Below, piece after piece: positions 55,624 through 64,000 of a stretch of 64,000 nt of DNA. A program made the translations under genes and the position numbers. The notes beneath the pieces are model-generated. The model worked only from the letters and a program-made list of their open reading frames with translations, searched no databases and was not told the origin of the DNA. Origin of the DNA: Octopus bimaculoides (lineage: Eukaryota). The DNA is taken from assembly GCF_001194135.2 (NCBI RefSeq), contig NC_068996.1:53725405-53789404 (forward strand). The letters run 5' to 3'. The first letter of the stretch is position 1, and each line of letters opens with the position of its first letter.

Positions 55624-56860
55624 TTAAATGTTGTTTGGTTTACTCATGTCTCCACTGAAATTTCAATTTCTTTCACTGCTATTCCTTCCAGATATTTTCC
55701 TTCACATGACTTCACTTCTCTTCTTCATTTGTCTGTTGATATTTGACTTCAGTGGGATCACTGCCTTCTTATGAATGTGAACCCAATAATTCACGAACAT
55801 CTTGAAAATAAGTATCCTTGAAACCAAGGTCTCTTTTAGTTGTAACAATTTTGCTTACAGGAATTTTGGAAGGCACTAAAGTCATTAGCACTTTCAAGCA
55901 AAGAAGCCTGCCAGAATGCTGTTGTATACTTGGTTATCACTTCTTCCCATGACCCTTGAATATTTTTCAGTAACTTTTGCCTAGATTCTTGAAGAGAAAT
56001 ATAGCATCTTCTTTGGTTGTAACTCTAATTGTCTGTGAGAAAGTTCTTCAAATATAACAGGCTTTAGATGCAGCTATTGTTCCTTGGCTTATGGATTGTA
56101 ACAATGAGGTCATTTTGTGAGAAAGAAACAACTTACACATTATTAGTTCAAAAATCTTAAAGTAAGTCAAACGTTATTAAGATTCAAAAGAAGTTTGGGA
56201 ACTAAATTGTTTTATGCAATAACTTCCAACTCCAAGGAAAAAAATGTGACAACGAACCAATCATCAAACAGTTCTGGTATCTCTTGTATTTCTTTGTTAT
56301 TTAGCCTTTAAATAGAAAATTTTCTTCTGAATGTTTTTGTACTTTTCTGGAGTTTTTTATAACCTAAAAGTCAGTAAAGATACTTTTGTCACATCAGTAC
56401 ACACATATATTTTGCACTCCCACATTTTCTCACTGCTGATTCTAACCCCAAAACAAAATGCAGAATGCAACTGACCCACACAATAGCAGGACATGATGCT
56501 ACATGACAGACATTGGATACATGCAGGATCCAATACACTGAAGCAGAGTAATATATGAGGATCTTGATTTTGCAGCTAATGTGATCTGGGACAATTAGAG
56601 TAATTAGATTAATTAGATTAATAAACTCTTTGTTTAAACAACTAAATTGCAACAGAGTCTTTGTAACAAATAATTTTTAAAAGTGATTTTTTATAAAAAA
56701 AAGTATTCACTTTTTATTACATTGTTGTATTTATTTGAATATTAAGACAATGGAAAATTATATTCATTTGTATCAAAGTAAAATATTAGATATGAATGAA
56801 GATAAACTGTTTTAATTTTAATATGCAATATATTTTGATTCATGTTATCATTTACATACT

Positions 56861-57081
56861 TGGCCAGAAACCTGAGGGATGCTGGATTCAAAACCAAAGT
56901 CTCCGCAGTCGAGGTTGGCGTCAGGAGATTTGTTGGCTCATCTGCCTACAGCCTCATGAAACAGCTCTCCATCTCTGGAAGAAGCAGGACTAGAACCTTG
57001 AGGGCCATGGGAGAAGCAGTGGAGAAGGCCTCAAGTTGGATCTGGTCTTGGAGGAACAAAGGCCAACTTCATAAGGCTTAA
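56861..57081 (+). mobile_element. HERO-like (RLE) non-LTR C-terminal fragment
   Basis: LARNLRDAGFKTKVSAVEVGVRRFVGSSAYSLMKQL...AVEKASSWIWSWRN resembles the PVEVGCRGFV...AEKASxWLW end. Clade assignment from memory. Confidence 0.65.
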
Positions 57082-57100
57082 TTTTCCACAATTCAAGCGA

Positions 57101-57173
57101 GTGCCAGATTGGCATAGTCATGTAGGCCTGTGCCTCTGGAGCTGGCGATCCGGGTTCAAATCCCGCTGGGACT
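57101..57173 (+). pseudogene. tRNA-Gln(CTG)-like pseudogene or tRNA-derived element
   Basis: 73 nt; acceptor GTGCCAG/CTGGGAC (one G-G mismatch); D stem GGC/GCC; loop CTCTGGA; T arm CGGG-TTCAAAT-CCCG; 3' half GCGATCCGGGTTCAAATCCCGCTGGGACT resembles metazoan tRNA-Gln. Anticodon stem is broken. Confidence 0.65.
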
Positions 57174-57234
57174 GTGAAAAAAAAAAGAACTCTCACACCT
57201 GGGTTGTCTTAGTGACATTTTGTCTGGTTTAATA

Positions 57235-57400
57235 TTTTGAGTTCAAATGTTGCTGAGGTAGTCTTTACTTTTCTTTCACTCAGAGTCAATAATATAAATA
57301 CCAGTCAAACACTGGAGATCGATGTGATTGACAAACCTCCTTCCCACCAGGCCTCCTTCCCACCAGGCCTCCTTCCCACCAAGCCTCCTGCCCACCAGAC
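57235..57400 (+). mobile_element. SINE type A 3' part ending in a 16-bp x4 tandem (CCTCCTTCCCACCAGG)
   Basis: CpG-decayed type A body; tandem at 57336-57400. Confidence 0.75.
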
Positions 57401-57504
57401 CTTTAGTTTATTGTACAAAGAAAATATTTTACTGGTATTTTACCAATCTTTATAGAAATTAAAAACAAAATTTACATAAAAAATACAAACCTCATTTAAC
57501 ATTA

Positions 57505-57733
57505 AACCCTTTAGCATTTAAACTGGCCATATCTGGCCTGAATATTTTGCCCATTTTATGTTCAAACTGACCAGATCAAGCCTCTCACACCTACCCTACA
57601 ATGAGGTTCTAAAAATATACAATTACATCATTGAAATCTTGAAGCTATGAAATAATGCATGATTAATTCAAAATAAGGTGAATAAATAAGAAACATTACA
57701 TGTGACAGAGTAATTTGAATGTTAAAGAGTTAA
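57505..57733. mobile_element. Family I MITE
   Basis: CCCTTTAGCATTTAAACTGGCCATATC ... AATGTTAAAGAGTTAA. Confidence 0.8.
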
Positions 57734-58196
57734 ACCCTTTTCTAAGTTTATCCTAATTGCACAAAGCAGGTTATTAAATTAACTTCAATTCCCAAGTGCC
57801 TTGTATGTGAAATCATATTATAAGTTACAATTTCTTCTGACACTTATATATTTCATGCTTTATTTACTTAGTAACTATTATAATCATTGATGTCTTTCTT
57901 CCCCCGCTAATGACATATTCTGCGATCTCTACAATGTCTCATAAGATGTAGAGTCTCATATATTTTACCATTATTTACATACATGCATTTTGTTTGATGT
58001 TTAGTAAAAGTACCATGATTCGGGATTGCTATAATGTATAAAACATCCTGTACTCTCTCTTCTCATTTCTATACTATAATCCTATCATCTTACAAACTAT
58101 TATAATAAATTAATAATTTATCTTATTTCTGAAAATGTAAGATATATCTGTAAACTAAACATTGTCAGTTAAAGGTCAGCAAATTTAATGTATACA

Positions 58197-58235
58197 ACAT
58201 CTAACCCATGCCAGCATGGAAAGCGGACGTTAAAC

Positions 58236-58278
<43 letters not shown>

Positions 58279-58712
58279 TCTGTTTTGAATATCTCGAAAT
58301 TCAAAGTAAACATTATTTTTTTTTATATTTTAGAGAAAGTTAGTATTAATGTTGCACTATAAAAACACAACACCCACAACCTACAATATATATATATATN
58401 NNNNNNNNNNNNNNNNNNNNNNNNNNNNNNNNNNNNNNNNNNNNNNNNNNNNNNNNNNNNNNNNNNNNNNNNNNNNNNNNNNNNNNNNNNNNNNNNNNNN
58501 NNNNNNNNNNNNNNNNNNNNNNNNNNNNNNNNNNNNNNNNNNNNNNNNNNNNNNNNNNNNNNNNNNNNNNNNNNNNNNNNNNNNNNNNNNNNNNNNNNNN
58601 NNNNNNNNNNNNNNNNNNNNNNNNNNNNNNNNNNNNNNNNNNNNNNNNNNNNACATCTAACCCATGCCAGCATGGAAAGCGGACGTTAAACGATGATGAT
58701 GATGATGATGAT
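58197..58712 (+). repeat. Two identical RTE-type 3' tails (ACATCTAACCCATGCCAGCATGGAAAGCGGACGTTAAAC plus (GAT)n) either side of a gap
   Basis: Copies start at 58197 and 58653; Ns at 58400-58652. Confidence 0.7.
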
Positions 58713-59038
58713 ATATATATATATATACACATACATATATACTAAATGTTAAGTCGGTTGATGTTATACAAATTCTCAGTTTATTAGTCAGTATAACCTT
58801 TAGTTGACATCCACAAGAAGGCTGTTACATGAAGACAAAGTAATTATTAATTATCAAATTTCCAAATAACTCTAATGAAGTATTATTTTGATTTTATAAT
58901 TTATCTTCATTTGAGAAACCAATAAACGTTACTCTCTTCAACATTTTAAAACGTCTGTAATATTGCTATTTGTCTTTTAAACACTGATAACAAAATGACA
59001 TTATTCTCAACACAAGGGCAAATTGTAATTGATATAGA

Positions 59039-59066
<28 letters not shown>

Positions 59067-59069
<3 letters not shown>

Positions 59070-59334
59070 TGGTTATCAACCATCTTTTGCCTATGGACCC
59101 CTTTGATTCCTATTTCACTAAGGGGTTGGTGGGTGGGGTACCCTTATAGCCATTGGATACCTGAAAACTGTTTAATCATATTTTTATGATTAAATATTAT
59201 CATGATTTGTATTAAAATATGTTTAAATGTTTTGTGCATTGTAGAAATATAACCAGTTTGTTGTAAATAAACATTAACAACAAAACTTTATATTGCCCTC
59301 TAAGGGTTGCGTGAACCCTTATTGAGAACCACTG
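59067..59334. mobile_element. hAT/Charlie-like MITE inserted in (TA)n
   Basis: CAGTGGTTATCAA ... TTGAGAACCACTG TIRs; ATATATAT on both sides. Confidence 0.82.
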
Positions 59335-59369
59335 ATATATATGATAATTTTCTTTGAATCTATTTGAAG

Positions 59370-59670
59370 GAGTTTGGCCCAGAGCTGGCCATCAATAAGC
59401 TGAACAAATACCTGCCAAACCATATTTTAGTAAAGACAGACTTGCAGCCTTTGATATCGAGACTGACTGTGACTTTGTTCTTATACTCCAAATTCCTTAA
59501 TTCCATTATTGTCCCCAACACTAAGATTGTGGTTATTTACTATCTCCCCAAAAAACAGCACAAAATATCAAGAATCACATTTGATATACAGTTCATTTTA
59601 TCAGCACATTGCAGAGGGCGACAACTTGGGTGCTCAGCAAATAGATGACTTCCTCAAATCATTAAAAAAA
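59370..59670 (+). other. Two candidate phase-0 exons (59370-59429, 59605-59670) or degenerate Tigger coding sequence
   Basis: AG/GT bounded, 60 and 66 nt, giving EFGPELAINKLNKYLPNHIL + HIAEGDNLGAQQIDDFLKSLKK. An unspliced LQPL...T...Y reading also resembles the pogo QPxDQG region. Confidence 0.3.
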
Positions 59671-60369
59671 GTAATGCAAATTCACAATTATAGCAACTCA
59701 CAAAGCAATTGATTGGCATTTCTCAATTATGAGATCCCAGTGAGAGGACCATGTGAGGGCCATGTGAGGACCACTAGTGTCAGGAAGAAAATACAAGAAA
59801 TGCAAAATGTTTGGGTTGGTCACAAAATGGCAGCTAAAGACTCTCAAACACCATCAGTGAAAAATACTGAAACTACAACCAAACCCATACCCTCCTCCCT
59901 CCACCCCTTCCTCCCTCCACCCCTTCCTCCCTCCACCCCTTCCTCCTCCTCATTGTCATCGTCATCCTCATTTAATGTCTGTTNNNNNNNNNNNNNNNGA
60001 AAACTAGGAGAGCTGCCCCAGGCTCCCTGGTACTTTCTAAATTCAAAATTCCTAGTTTATTCCCACAGCAGAACTCATCCACATCAACAACAATTTTCAA
60101 ATTCAGTCCTTCAAAAAAAATTGAAGACAGCACTTTCTACAAATTCAATGAAAAAAAAAAAAACTCTTTCAATTTAGAAATTTGTCAATGAATTGCCCCT
60201 TTTTTTATGAGAGATCAAGAGATAGCAATGACAAAACGTCATTGTTTGGTGACTGAAAATATGATTCAAGACCACCAACTGCAAATTTTACTAGCTTTAT
60301 CAGCCTCAAACATGTTGCTGAGTAATATCTCACTTTATGTAGACCCACTTTGCAAGACCCTGTGTTTAC

Positions 60370-60886
60370 GAGTTTTTCAAGCACAAGATCCAAATTTTGA
60401 ACAAAGTGCAAAAGTTTCTACTAAAATAACAAATGTTTCTGCATGTTACCAAGAGATTTATAGAGAACCAAAAAAAGCTTCTTCTAAGCAAACAACTTTA
60501 GATATGTTTTTTAAAAAGAAATCTACAAGTCCATCTAGGAGTACTTGTGAATCAGTGACCGCATCTACAAGCGATTGTGTAAGCAAGTCTAGTGCAAGTA
60601 AAAGTGATTTAGAAAACGATTATAATAATAATAATAATAATAATAATATTTTTTTTATTATAAATGATCTTGAGATTCTTTTTACTTTACATAAAATATT
60701 CTTTACATTCTACTGTTGTTTTATTACCATTTATTTACAAGTATTATAAATCTTATTGGTAAAATATTTTTCTGGGAATGAATTATGAATTATTGCTACT
60801 ATGGGAAATCATTGCTCTGCTTTAGGAGTTCTTGCTTTACAAACAGTCTTCAGGAATAAATTAACTCATATACTGCGGCATTACTG
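60370..60886 (+). mobile_element. Tigger/pogo transposon 3' relic
   Basis: FQAQDPNFEQSAKV...SACYQEIYREPKKASSKQTTLDMFFKK matches the Tigger/TIGD1-type C-terminus; the end ...CATTACTG|TA fits a Tigger TIR and TA site. Confidence 0.8.
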
Positions 60887-61367
60887 TAGCTACCTGCGGT
60901 CAGGTAATAATCAGTTAATAATCAGAAGCAAAGAAGGATATTCCTCCTCCTCCACCACAAAAAAAAATGAAATAAAAGAAAAAAAAAAGCAATGAAAAAT
61001 CCCACATTGGCACCATTGTGCTTGAGTTCTTAGTTTATGCTAAATGATTAACTGGATTTAGAAACTGACAGTTGCAATGGTATTTGGCAGAATGCCCCTA
61101 TCTCCCCCAATCTTTCCCATTATACAGATAATCCTACTAATCTAAACATAATTCCAAAAAATTATCAGAATGGTTTCAACTCAATTTACATGTTTAATTA
61201 GGTAATCAAAATGACAGTGTGATTGTTGTTGTTTTCTTTTGGAATTTCACTTTTTCAGTATAATGTAAACCTAAAAATAAGCTTGATACAACAACAGCTC
61301 TCTTTCTTTTCTTCTTCTTTTTTTTTTTTGATGAGCTGTAAAAGTGTTTTTATAAGGAAGTTGCTTA

Positions 61368-61570
61368 ATATGTTAGCACACCGGCTAAAATGCTTAGTGG
61401 TATTTCGTTTGTCATTACATTCTGAGTTCAAATTCCACCAAGGTTGACTTTGCCTTGCATCCTTTCAGGGTCGATAAATTAAGTACCAGTTGCACACTGA
61501 GGTCGATCTAATCGACTATCCCCTTCACCCAAAATTTCAGGACTTGTACCTAGAGTAGAAAAGAATATAT
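61368..61570 (+). mobile_element. SINE type A, CpG-decayed
   Basis: TTCCACCAAGGTTGAC versus consensus TTCCGCCGAGGTCGAC, and similar changes elsewhere. Confidence 0.9.
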
Positions 61571-61654
61571 TCAGTGTTTGGGAAAGAGCAGAGTAAACCC
61601 AAACTAAAATGGTAAAAGCACATTTAAGAATACTTTCAACAGAAATCCTTTGCA

Positions 61655-62060
61655 GATATCTTTTATCCTTTACTCTTTTACTTGTTTCACTCATTTGACT
61701 GCAACCATGCTGGAGCACTTTCTTCAAGAATTTTTGGTAAAATTAATTGACCTCAGTACTTTGTTTAAATCCTGATACTTATTCTATCAATATCTTTTGC
61801 TGAACTGCTTAGTTACAGGGAAATAAACACACCAACACCGGTTGTCAAGTGGTGGTGAGGGACAAACAAAGACACACACACATGCGCATGTGAAGGGCTT
61901 CTTTCAGTTTCCAGCTACCAAATCCACTCATAAGTCTTTGACCAACCTGAGTCTATTGTAGAAGACTCTTGCCCAAGATGCTATGCAGTGGGACTGAACC
62001 TGGAACCATGGGGCTGTTTTGCTAAGCAAATTCTTATCACACAGCCACGCCTACACCTAA
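61655..62060 (-). mobile_element. SINE type B, CpG-decayed
   Basis: GCAACC, GCTGAACTGC, AAGTGG and CCTGG replace consensus GCGGCC, GCCGAACCGC, AAGCGG and CCCGG. Confidence 0.9.
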
Positions 62061-62734
62061 ATAGGAAAGCTTTATAATTTATATTTCAGAAATGTTAATG
62101 TTTATTATTTATAGCATTTTTAATATCTTGCATCATTCTAATTAAATACTAACACTCAAAAATTCACACTTTCATAAACTATTTAAAGAAATAATTTTTG
62201 CTTGGTCTTATTGAGCAACTTGCTTAAAAAAATGGTAATGTGGGGTTAGAATTGCCAAAGAAGAGTGCTGCTAGTGATAGAATTAAGTAGGTCAGACATT
62301 CCTTGGAAAAAGTATATTTGAAGAATTTTCCATTATAAAACTATTATTTTTTTTAAAAAGCAAGGATTATTATTTTAAATATGTAGATTCGTCTATTTAT
62401 ATGAGTCAAATTTATGTTAATACTGGCTCTGCATTTTGTCTCATGAAAGATCAATAGAATAAGTCAGCATCATTATTCCCCCCATAACATCCCTTTTGCT
62501 ATGCTGAAGTGGCTCAGTTGGAATCCATGAAAGCAAATTTTTATAGCTGGATGCCCTCCCTATCACCAACGCTCACCTGTTTCTAAGTAAGGTAAGAATT
62601 CCCACTGGCCAGACATGTTCTTGTAGAATATCGGAAACAAATGACACAGCTTGTATGATGTTGACAATCATTTACAACTATCATGCGATGTCAAGACCAG
62701 GAGATATAAACACACACACACACACACAGAGCTT

Positions 62735-62870
62735 TTTTTTCTGTTTCTATTGGCCAAATCCACTTGCAAAGCTTCATCTGCCAGAGGCTGTAGTAGAAGA
62801 CATTTTTTGCCTAAGGTGCCATGCAGTGGGACTGAACCCCAAAACACATCATTGAGAAACAAACTTCTTG
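62735..62870 (-). mobile_element. SINE type B head fragment
   Basis: CAAATCCACTTGCAAAG...GCAGTGGGACTGAACCC. Confidence 0.78.
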
Positions 62871-64000
62871 ACAAGAACTGGTGTCAGTATAACAGACTTA
62901 AAACATTTGGATATGGTGCCCCAGCATAGCCTAAATTAAAAATACCTTAGAAAAGATCTCAAAGAATGTCAAAGCATCTATCCATATTCTATGAAATTCT
63001 AATCCACTTTCCTAACTGCAATATCAATGCCAATAAATGATTATATACCCTTACACAAAATGGAAAACTTATCTAAATATTATCCATCTATCCATGTTGG
63101 GCAACTTGCTCGGACCAGCAATAACCCTTCAACACCAGATGCCTTGATAAGGCATGAACGTTGGTTTGAGTTTTAATCAAAATGGCCTTTTCTTAGAAAT
63201 ACTTCCTTTGTGCATGCTGTGACTACAGATGATAGCAGTAGATCACTAACTGAACTGGTTGATCCTGCTCAGTATCTTGTGATATTCACCATTGATTCAA
63301 TAGGTTCATTTATTGAAAGTTCATGTTGCATCCCATGAAATCAGCATATCTTAGATCAGGTGATCACATGCTATTTAACCCATGATGGGGACCTTGACAG
63401 GTACTTCTGATCTCAGTCAAAGTAGATCTGGCAACAATAGTGGCTATGAGGTGGTTCTACATTCCTGAAAATCCTTGGAACTCCTGAACCAGGGTCATGC
63501 TATGAGATGCAGTTTAAAATCAAACCTAAAACTAAATATAATGATCTGGAAATTGAGAGAACCCAAATGCATGATGTGAAGAGAAACTATTCTCCTAAGA
63601 ATTGGTGTTTTACGAATGATTAAAAAAGATTCACATAATACAAAACACAAACCCTTGTACTTAGAACTATATAGAACATACGGGAAATCATCGTACTGAA
63701 CAATCATATGATGAAGAGTACTTCTGATACCATATAGAGTCAAAAAGGAAATGCAGCACATACCCAAGGTGCATAGAGCTGTGCTCAATAACGCAGTTAA
63801 AGTTTGCAACAGAGAGACTATTGAATGGCATTACTATTAATATCAATAATAAACAGATCCTGTCTGTGTTAGCATTTCGGTAGAATGTGTGTACCCATAA
63901 CAAGATAATAATAGTAATAATAATAATTACAATAAATAATGGGAATCTAACCTTTATCATGATTTATAACCAGCAAACAAAACCAAAATTTAATTGGAAA

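Noticed and set aside
58323-58732. ORFs spanning 58400-58652
   Set aside because: N-gap artefacts.

Overview
AT-rich animal genomic DNA from a gapped draft assembly (several N runs). The repeat content (tRNA-headed SINEs, RLE-type LINEs, dense microsatellites) resembles what I recall from coleoid cephalopods, probably Octopus; this is recollection, not a search result. Most of the window is retroposons (about six SINE types, R4/Dong-like, Tx1/L1-like, CR1/L2-like, RTE-like and HERO-like LINE pieces), DNA-transposon relics and MITEs (mariner, Tigger/pogo, hAT-like, piggyBac-like, Mutator-like), and microsatellites. The only host coding sequence I can identify with confidence is one 140-nt + strand exon (16979-17118) encoding part of a NIDO domain; I could not find its neighbouring exons. 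Most ORFs in the supplied track are microsatellite, SINE or gap artefacts. Main leads: (1) retroposon stacks built on (ATT/AAT)n, with a SINE that shares its 3' tail with a Tx1-like LINE; (2) CpG decay in repeat copies right of about 46-48 kb, suggesting a methylated gene body whose exons are not yet identified; (3) a candidate minus-strand transcript near 6.1-7.4 kb next to a perfect CREB3/XBP1-type site; (4) a tRNA-Gln-like pseudogene directly after a HERO-like LINE end; (5) many close inverted repeats that could form dsRNA. No CRISPR array, rRNA or intact autonomous transposon was seen.
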